Shown here: in pieces, positions 10,443 through 20,419 of the stretch
Numbering within the stretch: position 1 is the first letter of the stretch
How the letters are laid out: every line of letters starts with the position of its first letter
DNA from: Planctomycetota bacterium
Lineage (GTDB): Bacteria > Planctomycetota > UBA8108 > SXIK01
NCBI GenBank assembly: GCA_965223265.1
Contig: OZ244999.1
Coordinates: forward strand, 2,240,001-2,304,000
Length of the DNA stretch: 64,000 nucleotides
Direction of reading: 5' to 3'
Translations under genes and position numbers: made by a program
The notes under the pieces: generated by a model
Told to the model about the DNA's origin: nothing
The model's database searches: none
Seen by the model: only the letters and a program-made list of their open reading frames with translations

Positions 10443-10940
10443 ATGGGACGCTTTTCGATGCACCGCCGGTGGGCTGATGTTCCTCAACTCGTCGTGTGCG
10501 TCAGCACTGGCTTCGTGCTGTGGAGCTGTGCGGCGCTACAGCGCGAGCGCACCGATCCCTCGTCGCCGGTCGTGGCTCTCAACGTCCTCTCGACCCCCGC
10601 GCCGACAGCCGAGGGTTTCGGCGTGAACGTCTTCGCGCACCGCAAAGGTGAAACAAAGGCGAGCCCGATCGTTGATGGTTCTCTTGAGGTGAAGCTGTTC
10701 GACGGGCTGGCCTCTGGGGACGACGCCGGCGCGCTCGAGCCATTGGCATCTTGGACCTATTCCGCCGAGGATCTTCTTGGGCGTGAACATCGCTCGTATC
10801 TTGGCGTGTCCTACGGTCTCAGGGTACAGTGGGGACGCAGGAAGCCGTCGGCGCGACATGTGACCATTTCCGTTCGCTACATACCTCCCCAAGGACAGGC
10901 CGTGGTGGCGCCGCTCACATCGCTTCTCGTGGCGCCGTAG
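10443..10940 (+). CDS. Hypothetical lipoprotein
   Basis: Hydrophobic N-terminus ending LWSC followed by a beta-rich body. It follows the secretin once the mobile inserts are removed. Confidence 0.55.
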   Translation: MGRFSMHRRWADVPQLVVCVSTGFVLWSCAALQRERTDPSSPVVALNVLSTPAPTAEGFGVNVFAHRKGETKASPIVDGSLEVKLFDGLASGDDAGALEPLASWTYSAEDLLGREHRSYLGVSYGLRVQWGRRKPSARHVTISVRYIPPQGQAVVAPLTSLLVAP

Positions 10941-11022
10941 CTCACCGGGCTGTCTGGACGGCGTCCGGACTCCGGACGTAGAGCAGGAAGTGGCAGAAGC
11001 AGAGCGCCAAAAAAAAAGCGCC

Positions 11023-11059
11023 AAAAAAAAGCGAGAGTGAACGGTGTTCACCCTCGCTT
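11023..11059 (-). terminator. Rho-independent terminator downstream of tRNA-Ala
   Basis: Stem GCGAGAGTGAAC / GTTCACCCTCGC next to A8 on the + strand (a U-tract on the - strand). Confidence 0.7.
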
Positions 11060-11067
11060 GCGTCTTG

Positions 11068-11143
<76 letters not shown>

Positions 11144-11761
11144 GTAGCATGCGGACAGTTTCCGGCGGTGCCGCTAATGATTCGGCAGCGCGCCGGTTGA
11201 TTCTTTTTCGGTCCACCGCGACATGACTTCACGGCAGGTCTTCTGTACCTGGTCTGCGACCGTTTTTGACGGTGACCTTTAACTGCGGCCGTTTTGGCTG
11301 TGACTTTTTTGGGCTGCGATCTGGTTGGCTGCGGCCTGGCCCTGCGATCCGATTTTTCTTCGGTCAATGCATAGCATCGACTTGATCGATCGATCGCAGG
11401 AAAAAAAGATCATAGAGCCGGTGCGATGCCTGTCAAGGTCGATTTTGTTTGAATGAGACAGCCATGCATTATACTTTCTGAGCCACACGGCGCGTCGCTC
11501 GCTGGTGAATGGAACGTCGGTGCTTCGCCGCTGCAATAGGCTTTTGATCGCCGGTCGAAGAGCCGTTCGGCCGAGAATCTGGCCTCTGTCCGTCGTGCTC
11601 GACTGTGTCGGTGTCGCCGACCACGTACAAAAAACCATAGAAGGCTCGGAGATTTCCTGCGTTTGCCACCGACGATCTGAGCGGGAAGACAGGTGTCGGC
11701 TCGAAGCGCTCCGGCGGGCCGCACTTGCTGCGCAGACAGTCAGCTACGGTGACCCAAGGCA

Positions 11762-14700
11762 ATGCCGAACCCAAAGCCGAGAAGCAAGCAAATGGTCTAT
11801 GTGTCTCCGGCGGCTGTCGGAGGTCCTCCGCGCGAAGTTGATCTGAGTTTCGTCAGACGGCTGCTGCTCGCGGATACGTGGGCCAGATACGCGACGCATC
11901 GCCGGCAGCGGGAGCCTCTCGTTGCCACCGGGGTGGAAGCTTTCGGGCAGGCCGCCACTGACCGTGCCGCGGCGGAGGAGCGGAGCGGCTTCGACGTGGC
12001 AGCCAGCGGGATGGCCGGCGTCAAGGAGCTCTGCGAGCAGTTGCAAATTACGCCGACCCCATCGCTCCACTCAACGGCCGACCCTGTGTCTTGCGGTTTC
12101 ACACAGTGGATTTTCTTGCGCCTCTTGGAGGGAGGGCTTCTCGAGCGTGTTGAGCGCGATCGAAGTGTTTGCGAGCAGTGCCAACGAACGTTCCCGATAG
12201 GTCGCTACACCCGCTGCCCGTTTGACCAAGGCGCGTTTGTGGACGATCAAGTGACTCGGTGGTACCTGAATCCGGGGCCGTTTGCTGAACGACTCCTGAA
12301 CGACGTCGACAAGGGAAAATGGAGCCGATCCAATCGGCGTGAGCAGCGGGAGATGCTCGATCGTCGTCGCGGTGTCGAACTGATCTTTTCGATCTCACGC
12401 CCTTTCGAGCAGGAGTACTTTGAGGTCGAGGTCTTCACGACGAATATTGAGGCGATCCATGGCGCGACTTTCCTGCTCTTCGACCCATTCCATCCGCTCG
12501 CCGATAGTATCGTCGACGCCGCGTATTTGGACGAGGTCAACCGTTATCGAGAGCGCGTCAAACATGGAACCGAACGCCGTGGTTCTGCGGTGCGGACCGG
12601 GGGGTTCGCACTCAATCCGGCCACGCTCCAGCACATCCCGATTCTATTGAGCCCACTGGCGAACGAGCCGTTCGGTGACGGGGTCGTGATGGGGGTGCCG
12701 GCACACGACCGCGAGCTCTTTGCCCTGGCCCGCAGTATGCGTTTACCGATTCGGGAAGTGATCCATGGCAACGGCGCTAAGTTCGATGACAAGAGCCGGC
12801 TGGTGGAGCCGTGGCTTGGCGATGGTGTCCTCACCAACTCGGGACCGCTGACGAGTCTGTCGCGTAAGGTTGGGCGCGACCGCATCATCTCGACGCTCTC
12901 GCGTCGCGGGATCTGTCGCCGCGTTACCCGACACCGATATCGTCGCCACGCGATCTCAGGTCCCTATGGCTGGGGAGCGCCCGTTCCGGTCCTTCATTGC
13001 GGAATCTGCGGACCCGTGGGCGTTCGCGACGACGAGTTGCCGTACGCGTTTGCTTCGGCTGCGACCAAGAGCGACCAGGCGCCAAGCGATGCGTCGCTGC
13101 GATGTCCTGAATGTGGTGGGCGCGCTGACGCCGATCCGCACACGATTCTGCCATGGCTCGGGCATTCGTGGCATTTCTTGCGGTCGATCCTGCCGAGACT
13201 TGAGGTCGCCGCATCTGTACCTGAGGTCGACGCGTCGCAGGCGACTGCGGTGTCTGAGCCAGCCGTAGTTGAGCCGGCAGAGGCAGCCGAGGAAGCCGCT
13301 TCGAGCTTGAGTTCGACTCCGAGCCCAACACCGGCGACACCTTCTTCGAGCATCGCTTCGCGCCACGCTGCCGTCGATTCTGACGCGCCAGCTGACGAAC
13401 CTGTGGCGACGGGCACACCGCCGCCGTCCGCGCCGTCGATCAAGACTGCATCGGGCGATGCCGCCGAAGAAGAAGTGGTGTCCGGCGACCAAAGTCGCGG
13501 TGGGGCCGAAGTCCGTGTGCCGGCTCATGCGGAGAGTTCCCCGGCTGTCTCCAGCGACGCGGGAGTTCCCACGCAGCCAGTACCGGAGTCGCAAAATGCC
13601 ACGAGCGAGTTGCCCGAGGAGCTCGACGCTCCCGAGCGTCCCGACGCGTCCTCTGAGGCGAGAGAGACTGGCGCGGCGGCCAAAGTGAGCAGCGAGGCTG
13701 TGGGAACGGAAGGTGAGAGCAGCGACGAGGATCAAGCCGAACCATCGGTGGTGGCGGCGCCTCAAACCGCGGCTGCTCCAGCGGGAGACGGTCGGCCGCA
13801 ATCATCGCCGGCAGAGCGGCTTGCTCCTCCTCGTCCTCGCAAAGGGTTTCGTCAGCGTCGTACGTTTTCCGGCCCGCAGCTGCCACTACCAGTTGACGCG
13901 GCTTTCGGAGCCCCCGACGAATGCGTCAAAGAGGTTCTTGGATATCGTTTCGTCACCAAGTTTCTGTACGACCTAGGCGAGTGCCCAGTCTATGAGCCGT
14001 TCAGTCGGTTTTGTTCGGTCGCCACGGCGAAGTGGGGTGACGACGGTGACAACGCCGCTGCCGCTCGCTGTGTCGATCGGGGGAAGGTGGACGAATGGAT
14101 TTCACGTTACGGCCTTGACGCTTTGCGGTTGTCCGTCTTGTTTGCCGGGGCGGTCGATTCCCCTATCGAGTTCGACGCACGACGAGTACGGCAGATGCGG
14201 CGACTCTGCGAACGCATTCGACGACAGGTGAAAGAGCGTCACGAAAAGGGTAAGTTCGTCTCCGGCCGCATCCTTCGCCGTAAGCACCTCTTGATTCATG
14301 CGCTCACGGAGCGTTTGGAGGCGTGGAAGTTCCACACTGCCATCGCCGCACTGCTGCGTTTCGTGCGCCTGCTCGGCAGTCCGGAGGTCACCATCGAGGA
14401 AATGGACTCCGCATCCTTGCGGACCTTCGTCATTCTGCTCTCTCCGTTTGCTCCGCAGCTCGCCCAAGAGTTGTGGGGGATCTTGGGCCAGGAGGGTGAG
14501 GTGGCCTCACAGCCTTGGCCCGTCGCCATCGACGAGCATGTCCATCCTCCGGAGCGTGAGTTCGCGATTCTCGTCAATGGCAAAGTGCGCGACCGAATGG
14601 AGCAACCGGCGACGTTGAAGGCCGAAAAAATCGAGTCGAACGCCTTACAGCGCGAGGCGATTCGCGAGCTCGTTGGCCCGAGAAAGATCAGCAAAGTCGT

Positions 14701-14767
14701 CGTCGTACCGCACCGGTTAGTGAGCATCGTGTTGGAGGCAGAGCCGAAAGCCGACGACGATGCTTGA
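11762..14767 (+). CDS. Leucyl-tRNA synthetase-like paralogue with degenerate catalytic motifs and a long low-complexity insertion
   Basis: LeuRS-like blocks: FTQWIFLRL, EVFTTNIEAIHGATF...HPL, VMGVPAHD, G.LTNSG, WGAPVP, RYGLDALRL, LSPFAPQLAQELW, ILVNGKVR, VVVVPHRLVSIV. No HIGH or KMSKS motif. Confidence 0.8.
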   Translation: MPNPKPRSKQMVYVSPAAVGGPPREVDLSFVRRLLLADTWARYATHRRQREPLVATGVEAFGQAATDRAAAEERSGFDVAASGMAGVKELCEQLQITPTPSLHSTADPVSCGFTQWIFLRLLEGGLLERVERDRSVCEQCQRTFPIGRYTRCPFDQGAFVDDQVTRWYLNPGPFAERLLNDVDKGKWSRSNRREQREMLDRRRGVELIFSISRPFEQEYFEVEVFTTNIEAIHGATFLLFDPFHPLADSIVDAAYLDEVNRYRERVKHGTERRGSAVRTGGFALNPATLQHIPILLSPLANEPFGDGVVMGVPAHDRELFALARSMRLPIREVIHGNGAKFDDKSRLVEPWLGDGVLTNSGPLTSLSRKVGRDRIISTLSRRGICRRVTRHRYRRHAISGPYGWGAPVPVLHCGICGPVGVRDDELPYAFASAATKSDQAPSDASLRCPECGGRADADPHTILPWLGHSWHFLRSILPRLEVAASVPEVDASQATAVSEPAVVEPAEAAEEAASSLSSTPSPTPATPSSSIASRHAAVDSDAPADEPVATGTPPPSAPSIKTASGDAAEEEVVSGDQSRGGAEVRVPAHAESSPAVSSDAGVPTQPVPESQNATSELPEELDAPERPDASSEARETGAAAKVSSEAVGTEGESSDEDQAEPSVVAAPQTAAAPAGDGRPQSSPAERLAPPRPRKGFRQRRTFSGPQLPLPVDAAFGAPDECVKEVLGYRFVTKFLYDLGECPVYEPFSRFCSVATAKWGDDGDNAAAARCVDRGKVDEWISRYGLDALRLSVLFAGAVDSPIEFDARRVRQMRRLCERIRRQVKERHEKGKFVSGRILRRKHLLIHALTERLEAWKFHTAIAALLRFVRLLGSPEVTIEEMDSASLRTFVILLSPFAPQLAQELWGILGQEGEVASQPWPVAIDEHVHPPEREFAILVNGKVRDRMEQPATLKAEKIESNALQREAIRELVGPRKISKVVVVPHRLVSIVLEAEPKADDDA

Positions 14768-14971
14768 CGGGCTGTCGACCTCCGTTTGAGCTCGACGCCG
14801 GCTCGCGTTTTGTCTCGCCGGTCATGGACCGAGTAAGCGTGGCGACGCGGCGATCGAGCGCTCTGGCTCGGCCTCCCGCTCTCTCTCAGCGGAATCTTGC
14901 GCGTTGAGACGTGCCTTCAGCCGAAGAAGGTTGGGAATAACCGAAACTGCAAAAGCCGCCGGAGACCTTTC

Positions 14972-16177
14972 ATGCGTTTTGGGAACGTATCCAAGAGACT
15001 GCTAGCAGATCTGACGAAGCTCGCGTTGCTCGTTTCGATGTTCTTCGTTCTACAGCATCAGGTTACGGGAGTGCGCGCAGTTGCAGAGAGTGAGTCGCGG
15101 GTTGTGGCCAATCACGCCGCCGATCAGCGGCGTCTCGCTGAGCGGAACGAAGAGCTGCAGACCCAACTTGAGCACGCGGTACTCACGCTGACGGAGCTCA
15201 AGAAAGAAGTGCGGAGCCTCTCGACGACACTCTCTCGGGCGCGTACCGAAACCGTGCGTGTGGACGAAAAGATGGCGTCGCTTGAGACTCTCGTGTCGCG
15301 GCGAATCGACGGCGAGAGCCGTCGCGTTGACGCGCTTGAGAAGCAGACTGTGAAGGCAGATTCCCAGATCGCCGAGCTGTCGAACAACCGCGTCCGCGAC
15401 GCGAAGCGAATGAAACGCCTCATGCTTGACCCCACTGCTCAGCTGCGCGGCAACGGCACCGTGGGGAGTGGTGTCTTGTTCTACAGCGAAGCGCAACGGG
15501 AAGAGTCTGTAGATGCCGGTTACACAACCTTCGTTTTGACCGCCTATCACGTGGTCTTGGAAGTGTCTGGAGACGATCACCCGCTCTTCGTCGAAGAAGT
15601 GCGCGTGACGATTCCCGGGGCTGACGAAATGACGCCGTTCTCCGCGCGCGTGGTCCTGTTTGATCGCCAGCGCGACTTGGCTCTGCTCAGACTCGACGCA
15701 GATGTGCGATTCGACAATCTCGTCGATCTCATGCCCCTGGAGGCGCTCGACCGTCTTGATGTCTTCTCACCGGCTTACGCAGTTGGCTGTCCGCTCGGCA
15801 ATCAGCCGTTCCCGACGCTTGGCGAAGTGTCTTCTCGCAACAAACCAGTGGGCGCGCAGAATTTTTGGATGCTCAACGCGCCGACGTTTTTCGGCAACTC
15901 GGGCGGCGGAGTCTATCTCGCCGAGAGCTGCCGGCTGATCGGGATCTCCAGCATGATCTACACCTACGGCAAGTCGAACCCCACCGTCGTTCCCCACATG
16001 GGTCTTTTTGTGCCGCTGCGGGAAGTTTATCGCTGGCTTGACGAGGAAGACTTCGCGTTCGTCTACCGTCGCCGGCCTGTCCCGGATCGCCTGGTCTGGA
16101 AGCTGCTTCCCTCCGTCGAAGAGGGGGAGGCCAGCTCTCCGTTCGCGAGCACCAGCGCGACCGCAGACGACGATTGA
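14972..16177 (+). CDS. Membrane-anchored coiled-coil + trypsin-like serine protease
   Basis: TM segment, coiled coil and catalytic triad motifs LTAYHV, RDLALL, GNSGGG. ATG at 14972 preferred to the longer ORF start at 14897. Confidence 0.85.
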   Translation: MRFGNVSKRLLADLTKLALLVSMFFVLQHQVTGVRAVAESESRVVANHAADQRRLAERNEELQTQLEHAVLTLTELKKEVRSLSTTLSRARTETVRVDEKMASLETLVSRRIDGESRRVDALEKQTVKADSQIAELSNNRVRDAKRMKRLMLDPTAQLRGNGTVGSGVLFYSEAQREESVDAGYTTFVLTAYHVVLEVSGDDHPLFVEEVRVTIPGADEMTPFSARVVLFDRQRDLALLRLDADVRFDNLVDLMPLEALDRLDVFSPAYAVGCPLGNQPFPTLGEVSSRNKPVGAQNFWMLNAPTFFGNSGGGVYLAESCRLIGISSMIYTYGKSNPTVVPHMGLFVPLREVYRWLDEEDFAFVYRRRPVPDRLVWKLLPSVEEGEASSPFASTSATADDD

Positions 16178-16273
16178 GGGCCGTGAGGCCTTCGTAACTC
16201 GACGCAGAGGAGAGGGATCTCGCCGACGGCTACAGCGACCGGGGGCGAGCGCTCAGGGTGTTCAAAAACTCCT

Positions 16274-16302
16274 TTGTGACGCACCCGAACAGTTCCTATA
16301 AT
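16274..16302 (+). promoter_or_regulatory. Putative sigma70 promoter
   Basis: TTGTGA-17 nt-TATAAT. Confidence 0.5.
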
Positions 16303-16645
16303 CTGGGGTTCGCAGGGAGTGAACCATCGGGCGGTACTGGTGGCACTCCCACAACCGACCATAGCGTTGCCTCGCAGACTGGATTGGCGTACATTCGTGC
16401 CTCTTCGGTCCATCGGGATCGACGGGGTGGGGGCGAAGCCGATTTTTTCCGAGAATCGCTTCGACCATGATACGTAAGTAAACTGACGGTCGAGCCGTTC
16501 GCGCCTGTGTCTATTGGCGGGTGCAGCGGGCGACCGAGTCTAAAGTTAGCGGAAATTGAGCTCGGCCTGGTTTCGTAAGCCAGGGCGGCGGCGTGCGCGC
16601 CGCGCCGAGAGCTTTCCAAGCGGCCGACGAACGGAGAGTCGAAAC

Positions 16646-17749
16646 ATGCGGAACAGTCATCCTTTTGGTTGTCAGCGAATCCTCAGACGGGCGGCTGTCC
16701 TGACGGCCAGTCTCCTTTTCGTCGCCAGTTTCCGCGTTGCACCCGGCTTATATGGCCAGACGGACGCTCCAGTGCTGATTGGGCCAGGAAACACGGCACG
16801 CACGAGTGATCCCGCCGCCGTCAAGATCGTCGATCGATATCTCGACTCGATCGGTGGGCGTGAGACGCTGAGCAAGATCAAGGATCGTCGGACTGCGGTC
16901 ACCAACGTGCTCTACCAGCCTGCCGGGGAGGCCCACGCGCGGATCTCCCTGTTCATCAAGGATCACTACAACTTGCGTGAGGAGTGGGAGCTCGACTATG
17001 AGCTCATGGAGAACCAGAAACTTGCGTTTGTGCAGATCTACAACGCTGAAGAAGAGGAGGCGTGGGTCCGCGTCCTCGATCGTGTCGATCAGCTTGACGG
17101 CCGGACGTTGCATGTCTTCGTGTACGGGAAGTACATGGACGATTTTTTCAATCACTGGGAAGCGGATGGCTACACCCTAAGACTTGATGGTGAAGCCGAA
17201 GTCGACATGGGCGAGGATAGCGAGCCCATCCCTGCTGACATTGTGTTGGTGACTGACTTTGGGCGACGCCAATCGGAGCGCTACTTCTTCTCGAAGGAGA
17301 CAGGCCTACTGATCAAGAAGGAGTGGCGCGACACGACGAAAGACCCGAAGAAGCCGATCCGCCGCGAGCAGTACTACAAGCGCTACAAATCGATTCCTTT
17401 CATGGACGACTCGGGCCTGTCGATCAAGTTTGCGATGGTGCTCGAGATCTTCGGCGACGGTGATCTCGACACAGAGCGGAGATTCTCCCTCGTGCAGTTC
17501 AACTCTGGACTCAGTCAGGATCTGTTCAAGCGACCGGAAGGTAAGCCCGGTCCGCGCGTCACTGGATCAGGGCAGCGCGGCGTCCCGCCGGTCGCTCCCA
17601 AACCGGAAGGGAGCGGGACGCGAACGCGTCCGGGAGGCAAACCTGGAGGCAGTGCCACGCGCAGACCAGGAGCGTCGGCTCCGACGCCCGCCCCGGCTCC
17701 GACGCCCGCCCCGGCTCCGACGCCCGCTCCGGCTCCTTCCCAGCCGTGA
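16646..17749 (+). CDS. Exported protein, LolA-like/lipoprotein-sorting-like fold, with a Pro/Ala-rich tail
   Basis: Signal peptide, IVDRYLDSIGGRETLSKIK motif, YFFSKETGLLIK, and an (APTPAP)x3 tail encoded by an 18-bp tandem repeat at ~17676-17735. Start chosen after GGAGAG. Confidence 0.55.
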   Translation: MRNSHPFGCQRILRRAAVLTASLLFVASFRVAPGLYGQTDAPVLIGPGNTARTSDPAAVKIVDRYLDSIGGRETLSKIKDRRTAVTNVLYQPAGEAHARISLFIKDHYNLREEWELDYELMENQKLAFVQIYNAEEEEAWVRVLDRVDQLDGRTLHVFVYGKYMDDFFNHWEADGYTLRLDGEAEVDMGEDSEPIPADIVLVTDFGRRQSERYFFSKETGLLIKKEWRDTTKDPKKPIRREQYYKRYKSIPFMDDSGLSIKFAMVLEIFGDGDLDTERRFSLVQFNSGLSQDLFKRPEGKPGPRVTGSGQRGVPPVAPKPEGSGTRTRPGGKPGGSATRRPGASAPTPAPAPTPAPAPTPAPAPSQP

Positions 17750-17954
17750 CCATTTTTGGTGCGACTTCACAGCGTCTGGCCGGTGTCTGAAGGTTGGACA
17801 CTCCTGCGCGCGCTCGCGGTTTTCATCGCTTGTGCTAGTCGTAAGTCCGGCATCTATAGCGCTCTGGCGATGAGCCGCGCCTTGCTGCTGGGCGCCCACC
17901 GACGCGGACTGTGTGGTTGGCGCGGCCATTGCAATTCGTTCGGGCGAGTCGAAC

Positions 17955-18080
17955 GACGTGGGGCAGTTGCCTGAGTGATCAGCCCCGAACAACGACCCCT
18001 CCTCCGAAGTCCCCACGTCCGATTTCTGCTCTCCCACCGCGCCCCGGGTACCCTCCTCCCACACCTGGGGCTTTTTTTTT
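17955..18080 (+). ncRNA. Candidate sRNA with CCUCCUCC loop motifs ending in an intrinsic terminator
   Basis: Stem GACGTGGGG (17955-63) / CCCCACGTC (18011-19) encloses CCCCTCCTCC. Terminator GCCCCGGG-TACCCTCCTCCCACA-CCTGGGGC-T9. Confidence 0.45.
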
Positions 18081-18119
18081 GCCTTCAACCGATTGCGCTA
18101 GCGCCAGGCTGAGCGTGAC

Positions 18120-19211
18120 TCACCCGGCGCAACTGCTTCTCCGCGTCGCCAAGCTGAGCTGTCCGCACGCGCCTTGAATGTCTTCGCCCCGGCTGCGGCG
18201 GATCGTCACGCTCCCACGAAATTCCGCCTCGATCAGCCAGCGGCGAAACTGAGTGACGCGACTCAACTCTGGTTTTTCGTAGGGCGCTTGCGGGAATGGG
18301 TTCATGCCGATGAGGTTGATATTGCCGGCACTGCGCCGCAGGAGGCGGGCTAAGTCTCGTGCCATCGCATGCGAATCATTGACGCCCGGGAGCACGATGT
18401 ACTCGAACGTCGGCCGCCGGCCTGTGGCAGCGGCATGATCGGCCACGGCAGCGAGAACGTCGCCAATGGGGTGGCTCTGGTTGAGGGGGATGAGCTTGGT
18501 GCGCAGTTCATCGGTCGGGGCGTGTAGCGAGAGTGCTACGTTCACCTGTGGGAAACGTTCACCCAGCGCGCGGATTCGTTCAGGAACACCTACCGTTGAC
18601 ACCGTGATGCGCCGTGCGCCGATGGCGACCAGGTCGCGATGAGTCAGGATCTCGAGGGATGCCGCAACCGCGCCAAAGTTGAGCAGCGGCTCGCCCATGC
18701 CCATGTACACGACGTTGGTTTCCTGAGCGCCGGTAGCTCTACGCATCAAGAGAACCTGATCGACGATCTCTCCGGCGGAGAGTTGACCGCTGAAGCCGCC
18801 ATACCCAGTGGCGCAGAACGTGCACTTCACGGGGCAGCCTGCCTGGCTCGAGATGCAGTAGGTCGTTCGATCGCCGTCCGGAATGACGACGCTTTCGATG
18901 GTAGCGCCGGAGGCTTGCCGCCAAAGGAACTTTTTCGTACCGTCGCGCGACTCCAAGGCGGAACGACTTTCGAGAGGATGTAGGACGAACCGGTCGGTCA
19001 AACGCGTTCGCAGTGTCTTCGGCAGATTCAACATAGCCGCGAAATCGGCCGGTGGTCGCCGATAGACCCACTCCGTAATCTGCCGTTCTCGGTAGGCTGG
19101 TTCGCCACACTCTGCCAGAAATGTCTGCAGCTGCTCGGAAAGAGCCGCGGCCGAAAGATCCAGCAGGGTAATCTGTTGGTGGCGAGGCGTTGGCGGCGTG
19201 AGCTCACTCAT
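18120..19211 (-). CDS. rlmN: 23S rRNA m2A2503/tRNA m2A37 radical SAM methyltransferase
   Basis: CISSQAGCPVKCTFC, MGMGEP, SLHAP, RGEDIQGACGQL. Confidence 0.95.
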   Translation of the reverse strand: MSELTPPTPRHQQITLLDLSAAALSEQLQTFLAECGEPAYRERQITEWVYRRPPADFAAMLNLPKTLRTRLTDRFVLHPLESRSALESRDGTKKFLWRQASGATIESVVIPDGDRTTYCISSQAGCPVKCTFCATGYGGFSGQLSAGEIVDQVLLMRRATGAQETNVVYMGMGEPLLNFGAVAASLEILTHRDLVAIGARRITVSTVGVPERIRALGERFPQVNVALSLHAPTDELRTKLIPLNQSHPIGDVLAAVADHAAATGRRPTFEYIVLPGVNDSHAMARDLARLLRRSAGNINLIGMNPFPQAPYEKPELSRVTQFRRWLIEAEFRGSVTIRRSRGEDIQGACGQLSLATRRSSCAG

Positions 19212-19253
19212 GGTGGGGGCGGGGCGTGCTTGCTCTTGTGTGCTCGAGGTGAG

Positions 19254-19385
19254 CAGTCTGTTGAGAAAGTGCTTCGCGCCGAGACCTGGTCTCTTCGCGT
19301 CCAGATCGGCCGCGACGAACGTTGGTGATCTCCGTGCTGATTGAAGATCCCAGTTTCTCGGTCGAATGATTTTTTCAACGGTTTG
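19254..19385. mobile_element. MITE family A, degenerate copy 2
   Basis: CAGTCTGTTGAGAAAGTGCTTCG...CTGGTCTCTTCGCGTCCAGATCGG...GAATGATTTTTTCAACGG aligns with 7295-7472. Confidence 0.7.
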
Positions 19386-19407
19386 TGTTGAGTTAAACAG
19401 CTATAGA

Positions 19408-20157
19408 TCACATCCGGGGCCGCGCTGGCTGGACCTTTCTGAGTACCTCGATGGCTTCACCTGGCTGCAGATAGTAAGGGCGACCATCGATGTGCCACGT
19501 TTTCGCCAGAGAATCGAATTCCAGCGTGGCGAGGCCGACTTGAATCGTTTCTCGAACGATGTGTCGGCGCTGAAAGCGCGATCGTGAACGTCGCGTTTCC
19601 GTTCCGGCGACGGCTCTGCCGACCTCTTCTTCAACGTAGTAGTAGTGGACTGACGGAATCCAACTCAGCTCCGTTCGAACGACGATTTCTTGGCCGCGAA
19701 ACAGAAAACGGAAGTCGCCGCGACCCTGTTTGAAAACGAACAGGCGAGCGCGAGGCTGGCGAGAGTACTGGTGGGTCCCGACCCACCAGCGGGCGTGACT
19801 GAGCGTTACCTGGTGAATGTCGCCGACGGAATAGAGCTCTTCGCCGCCGCGGAGGCGGGGCGTCACAACGGGCATCTGCAGCGTGTCGGACGACCATGGT
19901 AGAAGATGCTCACGATCGAGTTCCGCATGCATCTCAAACGCGATACTCGTTCCGTGGTAGGAGCCAGCATCGACGATATGCGCGCCAGAAGGAAGTTGAA
20001 TGAACTGAAAGAGCGGCGGCAGAGAAGCTTCGGGCTGCGTCACGCACGCGAGAGAGAGACAGCACGCCGCGGTGAGAACCGTTGTCGTCAGGCGCACAGC
20101 GATGGGGACGTCGACGGCGTTCATTCGGTGGCGGCGTGGTGGCGAGGCGAGACTCAT
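19408..20157 (-). CDS. Hypothetical lipoprotein
   Basis: Lipobox-like SLAC after a hydrophobic stretch. No recognised domain. Confidence 0.5.
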   Translation of the reverse strand: MSLASPPRRHRMNAVDVPIAVRLTTTVLTAACCLSLACVTQPEASLPPLFQFIQLPSGAHIVDAGSYHGTSIAFEMHAELDREHLLPWSSDTLQMPVVTPRLRGGEELYSVGDIHQVTLSHARWWVGTHQYSRQPRARLFVFKQGRGDFRFLFRGQEIVVRTELSWIPSVHYYYVEEEVGRAVAGTETRRSRSRFQRRHIVRETIQVGLATLEFDSLAKTWHIDGRPYYLQPGEAIEVLRKVQPARPRM

Positions 20158-20419
20158 TCTCTAAGATCCTTGTACCGTCGCAAGAGGGTCGTTGCGGGTC
20201 GAACGTGCGTTATAGCACGGTTCCTTGATTGTGGCTGGTCCGACCGAAAAGTCCACCCTCGCTACGTCCCTCGGTGGCGAGCTACGTCGCTTCCGCGCTT
20301 CCATTTGCCATTCGTCCGAATCGTGGTATGCCAACTGTAGTCGAGCTCCCGCGAGCTCGGCGAGACCGCCATCGGATCACTTTTCACTCCGCTTTCACGG
20401 GATCACTTGGAGGTCGACG

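Noticed and set aside
11144-11761. 600-bp tRNA-LeuRS-like intergenic region as a T-box or ncRNA
   Set aside because: No T-box consensus or convincing structure was recognised. It probably holds divergent promoters.
17676-17735. 18-bp tandem repeat as a possible CRISPR array
   Set aside because: No spacers; it encodes an APTPAP linker. No CRISPR array or cas gene was seen in the window.
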